Of a stretch of DNA of 64,000 bases, positions 1-11,299 are shown one piece after another. Below the pieces are notes generated by a model. That model was given only the letters and a program-made list of their open reading frames with translations. It had not been told where the DNA came from and did no database searches. Each line of letters begins with the position of its first letter. The stretch's first letter is position 1. The stretch comes from Chrysomallon squamiferum (lineage: Eukaryota > Animalia > Mollusca): positions 620,001 through 684,000 of the forward strand of contig CM022671.1 of the NCBI GenBank assembly GCA_012295275.1, given 5' to 3'. The position numbers and the translations under genes are program-made.

Positions 1-4
1 TTCT
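1..4 (-). CDS. Cav1: Probable start of Cav1 exon 28 (AGA A..., the Arg after DKNQ), truncated by the window edge
   Basis: TTTTCATTACAG|AGAA acceptor; Arg is the expected next residue; only 4 nt visible. Confidence 0.6.
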
Positions 5-186
5 CTGTAATGAAAATCAGATTTTGGCATAACATTAATTAAAAATAAATGACACTAGCATAGTAGTTTCTTATTTCAATTTTTTTACATAAATAAAAAG
101 TCAATTCACACAAAAGAATAAATATGTTTTACAGTACTTCAAATATGAACTAATTATTTTTTCAATTAAATATTACTTCAAAAAAA

Positions 187-250
187 TTAGTAGTAGCAAC
201 AATGATAGTAGTAGTAGCAGTAGTAGTAGTAGTAGCAGCAGTAGTAGTAG
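187..250. repeat. (TAG)n imperfect microsatellite
   Basis: Direct reading. Confidence 0.85.
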
Positions 251-295
251 AAGCAAAAACAATAGTAATAGAAGCATAAAAAGTATTTTAAAAAC

Positions 296-497
296 CTGGT
301 TTTTATCAAGTTCACAGTTCTTGTATTCCTGTTCTCCTTCATTCTGGAAAGTAACAATGACAAAACCGACAAAGATGTTGACCATGAAGAAAGCAATGAC
401 AATGATGAACACAAAGTAGAAAACAGCTACAATTGGCCGGTAGTTTGGTATAGGTCCTTTTGCTTCTTCATGTGAATCGATGGACTTGTAAAGTAAG
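296..497 (-). CDS. Cav1: Cav1 exon 27: IIIS6 and III-IV linker (LLYKSIDSH...[33 protein letters not shown])
   Basis: TAG/GTTTTT; 202 nt. Confidence 0.96.
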
Positions 498-884
498 CTA
501 AAAATAAAATAATAATAACAACAATAATACCAAACACTATACCAAAAGATAAAAAGGAAAATCAAAAAATCCAAATACGCTGACTGAATTACTAGCAGAA
601 ATTTGCATTTTAGAAATCAACATGTTTCCAAACACTAAAGAAATTAATCATTGAATAGACATTTCTTTAGATAATGAAATAATAAATATTTGATCATTTC
701 TATTCTCTTGGAATTTTATTATAATGTATTACATGTATATTTTTTTGGCTGATGAATAGTTTTATAAGGAATGTCATTTCTGAGTGTTTTATGATGTTAT
801 GTTGTTGTATCTGTGTGTGGAGGTGTGTGGTATGGATTTGTGGGTATGTCTGCTTGTGTTTGAAATCTAAAGTTCTGAACTTAC

Positions 885-1031
885 TCAGGCCATCCCTCAA
901 AAGTGGACACAGTGAATAAGGTAAGCATGGCTTTGCTGACATCATCAAAGTTGAATTCGTTTTCTTGCCATATTCTATCCTTTGATACTGGTTGATTAAA
1001 GTCACCATTTTCGTAGTCTATGAATTTACCC
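885..1031 (-). CDS. Cav1: Cav1 exon 26: domain III pore ([10 protein letters not shown]...[23 protein letters not shown])
   Basis: CAG/GTAAGT; 147 nt. Confidence 0.97.
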
Positions 1032-1364
1032 CTGTAAAACACAAAGCACATATTCTGAGTTTTAAACAAAAGGGGTAGTAAAAGAGGAGAAACTGTAATA
1101 GTAAAATGAAATACCATAAAACAGTAATAATAATCCAAAAATGTTTCAGATATTAACATAAACAGGTCTGCAAAATACAGATTGTTCATTTTACACATAT
1201 ACAAAATAAAGTTAAAAATAAATAAATAAATAAAAAGAACAAAATATATAATTATTCTAAATAGATTATGTTCCTTTTAAAATATAAAAGAAAAGAAACA
1301 ATAAAAATATTATTTATCCGAGCAAAAAGAGACAGTATAAATATGATAAGAAATTTGTACTTAC

Positions 1365-1417
1365 TGGCATTCATCTTCTGTTAACTTGGAACGGTCAGAA
1401 CAGAAAAAGAACTTTCC
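1365..1417 (-). CDS. Cav1: Cav1 exon 25 (GKFFFCSDRSKLTEDEC)
   Basis: CAG/GTAAGT; 53 nt. Confidence 0.96.
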
Positions 1418-1710
1418 CTGAAAATAAATACAATAATATTAATAAAATTAATATTAACATTTACACTGGCATACATATTAAATGATCTATGCAAAGAACA
1501 CACAGCAATTTGTTATTTTTGAGTAATTTATCCGTTTATGATGGTCAGGATCTATTTATCTGCTCAGAATCGGTAAACAAGAATTCAAATTCTTTTTATT
1601 AAATTGTGCATTTAAAAACATATTTATATCAACTGTTAAAAGAAGCATATACATAAGGATATAAAATAAGGTGTAATAGAATTTATGAAAATACAGCAGT
1701 GTATAAATAC

Positions 1711-1818
1711 CTTAAACAGTTGTACCCCCATGACAGCAAACATGAACTGCAGCAAGAAGGTAACCAACATGATATTGTAGATGGTCTGGATGGCTACTAT
1801 GACACACTGGACAACATG
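1711..1818 (-). CDS. Cav1: Cav1 exon 24: IIIS5 ([36 protein letters not shown])
   Basis: CAG/GTATTT; 108 nt. Confidence 0.97.
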
Positions 1819-2289
1819 CTGAAATACATTATAAGTAAGTATGTAAACACCAACCATTAAAAGAGTTTTGTTTACAGTACACAACCTTATTTTAAATTCA
1901 TGTTATGTATGAACAGTAATATGCCTGTCCTGCTCTAATGAAAGAAAATATATTAAACTTTGGCCAAAATGAAACCATGAATCTCAAGCAAGTTTTATTT
2001 CCAGATGGAGGGCTACTCAATTAGTGATATAGCTAACCTAATATTAAAGTCACAATAACTTCTGCAAATAATTACAATTAGTTTTGACACCTGCTATAAT
2101 ATATTTTTTTTTGCATCAAATATGAAAGGAACATCAGTTGGTACCTCCTCTCATTACAAATAAAATGTCTTTACTTCCAAAAATATACAGACTTATTTTG
2201 CATTCAAGCTTAAATGTTTTTATGTGGAAATTTCTGCCATAGCTTACTTATTTGATACGAACTAGCCTAGTATGGTAAGATGAGACTTA

Positions 2290-2427
<138 letters not shown>

Positions 2428-2750
2428 TCATTTATTTTTGTCCTCAGAGTTTATACTTAATCTTTGCTAATAGCACAGAAAAGAATCTTAATAAAATCTT
2501 AATGAATTTTTAAGGCTAAATTTTTCAAAGTTATTTAGACAAATGAAATGTTTTGTCTATTTTAATTAATTAGATCTTCAAATTAAAATAAATTAAACAA
2601 CAGAACTTTTAATCCACTGTTTAGAGTATAATACTTCACTTCTGAAATGTTATTTATGATAATGTTTTATGCTATAACCAAAAACAGAAAACAAAGACTG
2701 ATGAAACAAATCAGAAATCAAGATGAAAAACAGAAGAATTTTTTGCTTAC

Positions 2751-2857
2751 TTCAAAGGAAATGAAATCAGAGACACTCCCACCACAACCAAATCAAGCAG
2801 ATTGAATGCACTCCGGCAGAATGATCCTTTGTGCAAAACTAACCCATATGTTATGAT
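2751..2857 (-). CDS. Cav1: Cav1 exon 22: IIIS3 ([35 protein letters not shown])
   Basis: CAG/GTAAGC; 107 nt. Confidence 0.97.
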
Positions 2858-3243
2858 CTGCAAGTAGAAAGAATCAATATTTGATGCTATTTCAGTACAC
2901 TTTAATATTAACAGTTTTCACATGTCTTCCTTTTTGTATAATGATGGCTTGAGAGAGAGTATCTTTTGGCTATTCTTCAAAAATTGTAAGATTATTTTAT
3001 TAAAATGTATGGATATATATATGTACTTATTTTATTAAAATGTCTTTTCAATTCTATAAAGGATATTCTCTCATTTTGAATGGATATATGCAGAAATGTT
3101 CCAACGACAACACTGGGATACTTCAAATTTTAAAAATGGAATGTTAATAATTGAAATTATTAATTTGTGACTGTAATAAGAACTAAAAAGTACATACAAG
3201 TAAAACAACATTAACTTCAAAAATCTGTTTTAAATATTCTTAC

Positions 3244-3303
3244 TTTGATAATGATTTCAATGGTAAAAACACTAGTAAAGAAGTAGTCAAAATAGTTCAG
3301 GAT
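3244..3303 (-). CDS. Cav1: Cav1 exon 21: IIIS2 (ILNYFDYFFTSVFTIEIIIK)
   Basis: CAG/GTAAGA; 60 nt. Confidence 0.96.
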
Positions 3304-3674
3304 CTGAAAGGAAAAACAGTATTTTATTTTAAAAAGCATATTTTATTATGAAGTAAACAACCATCCTTTCCTAAGAACATCATTCCATATTTAAAGAAGA
3401 GAAAAAGATACAACAAATTAAAATACTTTCAAAATAACAGCAAATGATAATACTACTTATTAATTATATAATTATAAGCTTATAAGTAATTATATTAAGT
3501 GATACCATTCACATCATGTTAGTTCAATTTAATCTGAAGTATGGTTCAAGGAGAATTATGAATATAATACAATAATTATTGTTGTTATTCATTTAAAGCT
3601 TAATAAATATAATTATATTTGTGTCTTTTTTAAAGTTTTAGACTAATGTATCTAGATACTGTACAAATACTCAC

Positions 3675-3804
3675 TATGTTTCTGGGAGATTTCGACTGTA
3701 AAGGATCTTCAGCTGCCAACATTGCACTACTGATAAGAATACAGGCAAGAACAACATTGCCAAAATAAGAGTGATTGCAGACTCTGTGACACAATACACG
3801 GAAC
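3675..3804 (-). CDS. Cav1: Cav1 exon 20: IIIS1 ([43 protein letters not shown])
   Basis: CAG/GTGAGT; 130 nt. Confidence 0.97.
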
Positions 3805-4044
3805 CTGAAAATACACACAAGAGTGTCACGATGAACCAATATTTTAAATAAATAAATAAAAGAAATATCAAAGTAATAATAAATAAACAAGTTTTATTAG
3901 CATGCTTGATGAAAGAATCTTTAGCATTTTCTTAAGAAATACATTTTTAAAAACAAAGAGTAACAAAATTAGCAGATATGAGATTTATTACAGAGTCTAC
4001 AATTAATTAAAAGATTCAAGATGAAGGTAATAAAAGTAATTAAC

Positions 4045-4240
4045 CTGTTTGTAGGGGAGAAGATGAAAAGTGAGCTAGCTGGAGGTATTGGTTTTATCTT
4101 CGTGTTGATGTGGATTTCAGACATGCGGCGAGGTCGGGCGTTGCTAGGTGTCTGAGAATCTTCCTCTGATTCCTCCTCCTCCTCCTCCTCCTCCTCCTCC
4201 TCATCCTCAGTCCCTTCATCACGCTCATCATAGTCATCTT
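4045..4240 (-). CDS. Cav1: Cav1 exon 19: acidic II-III loop end (poly-E, ARPRRMSEIHINTKIKPIPPASSLFIFSPTNR)
   Basis: Conserved RPRRMSE...PIP..SS.FIFS.TN motif; tandem AAGAAG acceptor (4240 or 4237); AG|GTTAAT donor. Confidence 0.92.
4173..4202 (-). repeat. Coding (GAG)10 repeat giving a poly-Glu tract in Cav1 exon 19
   Basis: Direct reading; 11 consecutive Glu including the following GAA. Confidence 0.92.
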
Positions 4241-4523
4241 CTTCACAAAAAAGTATTCAAATCATTTCAAATGTAAACTTTACAAACAATATTATAAATG
4301 TGGTTATTCTCACACAAATCATTTAAATCATTAAAATTAAAGACAAAATTGCTTTTATTCTATTTATCACATACAATGTCACTGACACTATTATTTAATG
4401 AACGTTTCTTGTTTTTTATAATAATTTTCTTAGTTGCAGGAGTTTGTACTGGAATTTATTTTATTAATACACTGCTTCAACTAATAATAACATGTGTAAA
4501 AGTGACAAGAAGATAAGATGCAC

Positions 4524-4624
4524 CTTGTATTGGAATTTTCTGGTCACTGCGATGTTCACCTAACTCATCCTGGCCTGATGGGACATCAATTCGGACATGG
4601 TGTTCTCCAACATTACTCTCACGT
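4524..4624 (-). CDS. Cav1: Cav1 exon 18: II-III loop (RESNVGEHHVRIDVPSGQDELGEHRSDQKIPIQ)
   Basis: TAG acceptor; donor either AG|GTGCAT (4524) or same-phase AG|GTGAAC (4560). Confidence 0.78.
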
Positions 4625-5014
4625 CTAAGAAGATATAAAACAATAAACAGATCATGTATTACTCCCCAAAAATTCATTAATCCTATGTAATTTATCCAAT
4701 ATAATACTTCTTTCATCAAAATTATTTAACATATGTTATCTAATGATAACAAAAGATGATTAATCAATATAATAATACAAAATAAAAAAAAAAATAATAA
4801 TATGGACTTAGTTTTAAAAAAAAATAATGAAATAAAAAATATGAACAAGATAAAATATTATCACCAAGTTTTAATAAATAATTGTGAGATAACAAGTTTA
4901 CAATTTTATATTTTTATAAAACACCTGTTGAATGGAATTACCCCTGAGAAAAAAAAAAGGCTTGCAGAAATCTGTATTAATTCACAAGACATTTTAAAAA
5001 ATGGAAAAAGGAAA

Positions 5015-7087
5015 AAATATAAAATGAGCTAGTTTGTTAATATAAGGTTATAAAATGTATTATTATCATGTTCTGTGAATAAATATAAAATGAGCTAGTT
5101 TGTTAATATAAGGTTATAAAATGTATTATTATCATGTTCTGTGAATAAATATAAAATGAGGGAGTTTGTTAATGTAAGGTTATAAAATGTATTATTATCA
5201 TGTTCAGTGAATAAATATAAAATGAGCAAGTTTGTTAATGTAAGGTTATAAAATGTATTATTATCATGTTCTGTGAATAAATATAAAATGAGCGAGTTTG
5301 TTAATATAAGGTTATAAAATGTATTATTATCATGTTCTGTGAATAAATATAAAATGAGCAAGTTTGTTAATATAAGGTTATAAAATGTATTATTATCATG
5401 TTCTGTGAATAAATATAAAATGAGGGAGTTTGTTAATGTAAGGTTATAAAATGTATTATTATCATGTTCTGTGAATAAATATAAAATGAGGGAGTTTGTT
5501 AATGTAAGGTTATAAAATGTATTATTATCATGTTCTGTGAATAAATATAAAATGAGCAAGTTTGTTAATATAAAGTTATAAAATGTATTATTATCATGTT
5601 CTGTGAATAAATATAAAATGAGCGAGTTTGTTAATGTAAGGTTATAAAATGTATTATTATCATGTTCTGTGAATAAATATAAAATGAGCGAGTTTGTTAA
5701 TGTAAGGTTATAAAATGTATTATTATCATGTTCTGTGAATAAATATAAAATGAGCGAGTTTGTTAATGTAAGGTTATAAAATGTATTATTATCATGTTCT
5801 GTGAATAAATATAAAATGTTTTGTTAATGTAAGGTTATAAAATGTATTATTATCATGTTCTGTGAATAAATATAAAATGAGCGAGTTTGTTAATGTAAGG
5901 TTATAAATGTATTATTATCATGTTCTGTGAATAAATATAAAATGAGCGAGTTTGTTAATGTAAGGTTATAAAATGTATTATTATCATGTTCTGTGAATAA
6001 ATATAAAATGAGCGAGTTTGTTAATGTAAGGTTATAAAATGTATTAATCATGTTCTGTGAATAAATATAAAATGGTTTGTTAATGTAAATAAAATGTATT
6101 ATTATCATGTTCTGTGAATAAATATAAAATGAGCGAGTTTGTTAATGTAAGGTTATAAAATGTATTATTATCATGTTCTGTGAATAAATATAAAATGAGC
6201 GAGTTTGTTAATGTAAGGTTATAAAATGTATTATTATCATGTTCTGTGAAAAATATAAAATGTTTGTTAATGTAAGGTTATAAAATGTATTATTATCATG
6301 TTCTGTGAATAAATATAAAATGTTTGTTAATGTAAGGTTATAAAATGTATTATTATCATGTTCTGTGAATAAATATAAAATGAGCGAGTTTGTTAATGTA
6401 AGAGTTATAAAATGTATTATTATCATGTTCTGTGAATAAATATAAAATGGCGAGTTTGTTAATGTAAGGTTATAAAATGTATTATTATCATGTTCTGTGA
6501 ATAAATATAAAATGAAGTTTGTTAATGTAAGGTTATAAAATGTATTATTATCATGTTCTGTGAATAAATATAAAATGAGCGAGTTTGTTAATGTAAGGTT
6601 ATAAAATGTATTATTATCATGTTCTGTGAATAAATATAAAATGAGCTAGTTTGTTAATGTAAGGTTATAAAATGTATTATTATCATGTTCTGTGAATAAA
6701 TATAAAATGAGCGAGTTTGTTAATGTAAGGTTATAAAATGTATTATTATCATGTTCTGTGAATAAATATAAAATGAAGTTTGTTAATGTAAGGTTATAAA
6801 ATGTATTATTATCATGTTCTGTGAATAAATATAAAATGAGCGAGTTTGTTAATGTAAGGTTATAAAATGTATTATTATCATGTTCTGTGAATAAATATAA
6901 ATGAGCGAGTTTGTTAATGTAAGGTTATAAAATGTATTATTATCATGTTCTGTGAATAAATATAAAATGAGCTAGTTTGTTAATGTAAGGTTATAAAATG
7001 TATTATTATCATGTTCTGTGAATAAATATAAAATGAGCGAGTTTGTTAATGTAAGGTTATAAAATGTATTATTATCATGTTCTGTGA
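5015..7087. repeat. Minisatellite, 66-bp unit, about 31-32 copies, filling most of Cav1 intron 17
   Basis: Unit TTCTGTGAATAAATATAAAATGAGCGAGTTTGTTAATGTAAGGTTATAAAATGTATTATTATCATG; near-identical copies, some shortened by a few nt. Confidence 0.97.
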
Positions 7088-7093
7088 TTTTAC

Positions 7094-7215
7094 CGTCTGC
7101 TACGTGAACTCGGTTGTCTACTTAGCTGCCCAGTTGACAACTGACGTGATGTTTTGTCATCCTCATTTTCAGCATTGTCATTGCCGTTGACATCAACACC
7201 TTCATCCACTTCATT
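7094..7215 (-). CDS. Cav1: Cav1 exon 17: II-III loop (NEVDEGVDVNGNDNAENEDDKTSRQLSTGQLSRQPSSRSR)
   Basis: CAG/GTAAAA; 122 nt; open frame and phase-consistent; poorly conserved region. Confidence 0.82.
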
Positions 7216-7491
7216 CTGATCAGTTAAGAAAAAGATAGTAAATTAATGCTATTATAATTAATACTTAAACATAAAAAGGATTTATAAAAATACTATTAAT
7301 TTAAAATTTTAAAATACAAATTAAGTAAACGACAATTTTCTTTGCTTAAAAAAATAAAAATATCAAAAATATTTTTATTTTTTTTAATGAGTTTTTTTCA
7401 AATTCACTATGAAATCCAATGGAATCAATAATCTTTAAATTGTTTTTAGAAAATATTTCACTGATATGTAAAGACTTAAGAGCCATCAAAC

Positions 7492-7637
7492 CTCTTTCTC
7501 TGGAGTTTTGCTTTTAGAACGTCTTATTGATCGAGTTCTTTCTTTCTCTTCTTCTTTTTCTTGTTCTATCTCAGTCAAACTCTGGGCATCAGCCAGGTTG
7601 TCAACAGCAATGGCCAAGAAGACATTCAGCAGAATAT
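7492..7637 (-). CDS. Cav1: Cav1 exon 16: IIS6 end and II-III loop ([34 protein letters not shown]...TPEKE)
   Basis: AAG acceptor after U12 branch TTCCTTGAC; GAG|GTTTGA donor; 146 nt. Confidence 0.93.
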
Positions 7638-8146
7638 CTTAATATTTGGTCAAGGAACATAAATCAGACAGACTGGTATGTGAAAACTATGTTGTCCTAT
7701 TTTTGGCTATTAAAATTAATCCAGTTCCAGTAAATAAATATAGTATGAAATTAATGTACAGAAACTTAACTCAAAATCAGAAAATGACCACCACTAAAAA
7801 AAATGTGAGCTTGGAGAATCAAACTTTATAAATATCTTAAAACAAAAACTATGAACATAAATAAAATAGTTATTTTTTCTTTAATTATTTACCTTTGTAG
7901 CATGATACATTCAATAATTATGTCATTACATGTACAGAGGCTGTGGTTTATAGTTCTGTTGTATTGTTATCAGCTTATGTATTCATTTTGTATGCACTAA
8001 ATAAAAAAATAGAAATATAAAAATCTTGTATTTAAATTCTAAACAAAATCAACAACAATCTTTGTAACAACTTAATCAGATTATTTTTTTATGCTGATGA
8101 TTTCTAATTAATTTTTTTCCTGCTGTTTCTTTGTAATAAAGGATAC
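7638..8146 (-). other. U12-type GT-AG intron (Cav1 intron 15, within IIS6 GN-Y-IL)
   Basis: 5' GTATCCTTT; branch TTCCTTGAC at 7657-7649 about 10 nt from the AG; no polypyrimidine tract. Confidence 0.93.
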
Positions 8147-8267
8147 AATTACCACAGATAAAAAGAATTACAAAATAAAGACAGACAATGACTCCAAAGT
8201 CCTGAACACCACCATATGCTTTAATTCCATCATACATGACCATGTTCCAATCCTCACCAGTAAGAAT
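8147..8267 (-). CDS. Cav1: Cav1 exon 15: domain II pore and IIS6 ([20 protein letters not shown]...[11 protein letters not shown])
   Basis: CAG acceptor; U12 donor T|GTATCCTTT; 121 nt. Confidence 0.97.
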
Positions 8268-8348
8268 CTGAAAACAAATTCATGGAAAACATTTAAATAC
8301 ACAATTAACTTAAACAAGTATTTTGTATATCCTCTTTCTCTCTCACAC

Positions 8349-8350
<2 letters not shown>

Positions 8351-8397
<47 letters not shown>

Positions 8398-8426
8398 CCC
8401 ACACACACCCACACTCACACACACAC
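8351..8426. repeat. (CA)n microsatellite
   Basis: Direct reading. Confidence 0.9.
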
Positions 8427-8859
8427 TTTATTAATGAAAATTACAAAATAAATTTATTAAAATGTTAATGTATAAATCTTTAAATTAATTTTTATGAGTA
8501 TTTCTGCATTTGTCTTAGTAATCTTGAAAATATGTTTGTTTGTCTTTGGTAAAAGTGTCTCATCTTTTTCACTTATTGATGGATTGCATTTTTATAACCC
8601 ATGGGACCTATTTGTTTATCTGGTTTTTTTAACAATCAAAAAACAAGAAAAGTCAATCAGTATCGTATGTTTCTAGAATTTTTTGGGAAATAGGAAATTC
8701 TGCAGATTTCCTCTGGACTTAAACAAAATTTCAGTACCAAACAACAAGCTTCAGTTTGAAAATACATGATAAAACAATTAACTCAAATCATTCCAATTCA
8801 TTCATTATATGGTATTATATTCAGGATTAAGGACTAAACTGTTATGAGTTGAAACACCT

Positions 8860-8891
<32 letters not shown>

Positions 8892-9108
8892 TAAGCTACT
8901 ATTTTCAGACCAGCAAGGAATGAAATATCCCAGCAGTCAGGACTTGAACAATGTAAGGTTCAATGTACTTTTTAAGATTGTAGAAGCATTAACTGTATGA
9001 AGAAACACAGTTCAAAAATATATTTCCCAAATCATTAACCAGCAGACAAATATACTTCTATTTGAAAATACAACATTCTGGTTTATCTGAGATTTTTCAA
9101 TGAATCAC

Positions 9109-9313
9109 CTGAAACACAGTCAACAGGGACTGCCAAAATGTGTCAAAGTTACTTCTTGGAGTTGCTTCTTCAAAGTTAAATTTTCCACCAAACAATTGCA
9201 TACCAAGTAAGGCAAATATAACAATGAAAAGGAAGAGCAACAACAACAAGCTAGCAATGGATCGCATACTGTTCAACAATGATGCCACCAGGTTGCGCAG
9301 TGATGACCAGTAT
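9109..9313 (-). CDS. Cav1: Cav1 exon 14: IIS5 ([45 protein letters not shown]...SLLTVFQ)
   Basis: CAG/GTGATT; 205 nt. Confidence 0.97.
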
Positions 9314-9787
9314 CTGCAACATTGAAAAAAAACATTTGATTAAATTATAAATTTTAAATTTCTTTTAAAAAAAGAAACAATAATAGAATAATAACAATAA
9401 ATATTACTATAATTATTTTTGTTATAATAACTATAATTAATGATGATGCTTTTAACAGTAATAAATACAGTGCAGTCTGAAATTATTTATTATATTTCTA
9501 AAATAATATTTAAAAATATTTTTATATAACAACAAAATTAAATATTCCTCAAACCAAGAAACTTGTTTCAAATGCTTTTGGTCCATTTAAATAAATAATT
9601 GCATTTAATTTCAAGGTTTTGGACATTTCATATAAAAAATGTAATTTTAAAGTAACATAAACAAAAATATGTGAACAAGTAAAACAATATCTGAACAAAG
9701 AAATACTCTTTCAAAACTCAGTATAAACATTGTATAGTTTAATAGCAACAAAAATATATAAATTGATAAAATAAAATCTAGACTGAA

Positions 9788-11299
9788 GAAAGATTTACGG
9801 TTTTGAAACCTACCTGGTTGCCTTAAAGACATGGAATAAACACTGTACAGTTTAATACATAACCAAGTATTACTGTTTTAAAGATTTACTGTTTTGAAAC
9901 CTACCTTGAAGACACAGAATAAACACTTTACAGTTTAATACATAAACAAGTATTACTGTTTTAAAGATTACTGTTTTGAAACCTACCTGGTTGACTTGAA
10001 GACATGGAATAAAAACTGTACAGTTTAATACATAAACAAGTATTACTGTTTTAAAGATTTACTGTTTTGAAACCTACCTTGAAGACACAGAATAAACACT
10101 TTACAGTTTAATACATAAACAAGTATTACTGTTTTAAAGATTTACTGTTTTGAAACCTACCTGGTTGACTTGAAGACATGGAATAAAAACTGTACAGTTT
10201 AATACATAAATAAGTATTACTGTTTTAAAGATTTACTGTTTTGAAACCTACCTGGTTGCCTTGAAGACATGGAATAAACAAGTATTACTGTTTTAAAGAT
10301 TTACTGTTTTGAAACCTATCTGGTTGCCTTGAAGACATGGAATAAAACAAGTATTACTGTTTTAAAGATTTACTGTTTTGAAACCCACCTGGTTGCCTTG
10401 AAGACATGGAATAAACAAGTATTACTGATTTAAAGATTTACTGTTTTGAAACCCACCTAGTGGACTTGAAGACATGGAATAAACAAGTATTACTGATTTA
10501 AAGATTTACTGTTTTGAAACCCACCTGGTTGCCTTGAAGACATGGAATAAACACTTTACAGTTTAATACATAAACAAGTATTACTGTTTTAAAGATTTAC
10601 TGTTTTGAAACCTATCTGGTTGCCTTGAAGACATGGAATGAACAAGAATGAAAAGATTTACAAACCCACCTGGTTGACTTGAAGACATGGAATAAACACT
10701 TTACAGTTTAATACATAAACAAGTATTACTGTTTTAAAGATTTACTGTTTTGAAACCTATCTGGTTGCCTTGAAGACATGGAATAAACAAGTATTACTGT
10801 TTTAAAGATTTACTGTTTTGAAACCTATCTGGTTGCCTTGAAGACATGGAATAAACAAGTATTACTGTTTTAAAGATTTACTGTTTTGAAACCCACCTGG
10901 TTGCCTTGAAGACATGGAATAAACAAGTATTACTGATTTAAAGATTTACTGTTTTGAAACCCACCTAGTGGACTTGAAGACATGGAATAAACAAGTATTA
11001 CTGATTTAAAGATTTACTGTTTTGAAACCCACCTGGTTGCCTTGAAGACATGGAATAAACACTTTACAGTTTAATACATAAACAAGTATTACTGTTTTAA
11101 AGATTTACTGTTTTGAAACCTATCTGGTTGCCTTGAAGACATGGAATGAACAAGTATTACTGATTTAAAGATTTACTGTTTTGAAACCCACCTGGTTGAC
11201 TTGAAGACATGGAATAAACACTTTACAGTTTAATACATAAACAAGTATTACTGATTTAAAGATTTACTGTTTTGAAACCCACCTGGTTGCCTTGAAGAC
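9788..11299. repeat. Minisatellite with 68/91-bp units (20 copies including the exonic one), spanning the exon 13 / intron 13 junction
   Basis: Core ACCTGGTTGCCTTGAAGAC...AAGTATTACTGTTTTAAAGATTTACTGTTTTGAAACC; optional 23-bp insert. Confidence 0.96.

Noticed and set aside
5095-6426. ORFs with 22-aa repeats (LILYLFTEHDNNTFYNLTLTNS)
   Set aside because: Translation of the 66-bp minisatellite; the frame is broken by indels, and read-through from exon 17 stops at once (CGG TAA)
9788-11299. Repeat with variable inter-unit length, superficially CRISPR-like
   Set aside because: There are no unique spacers (the variable part is the same 23-bp insert), no cas genes, and the context is a eukaryotic intron
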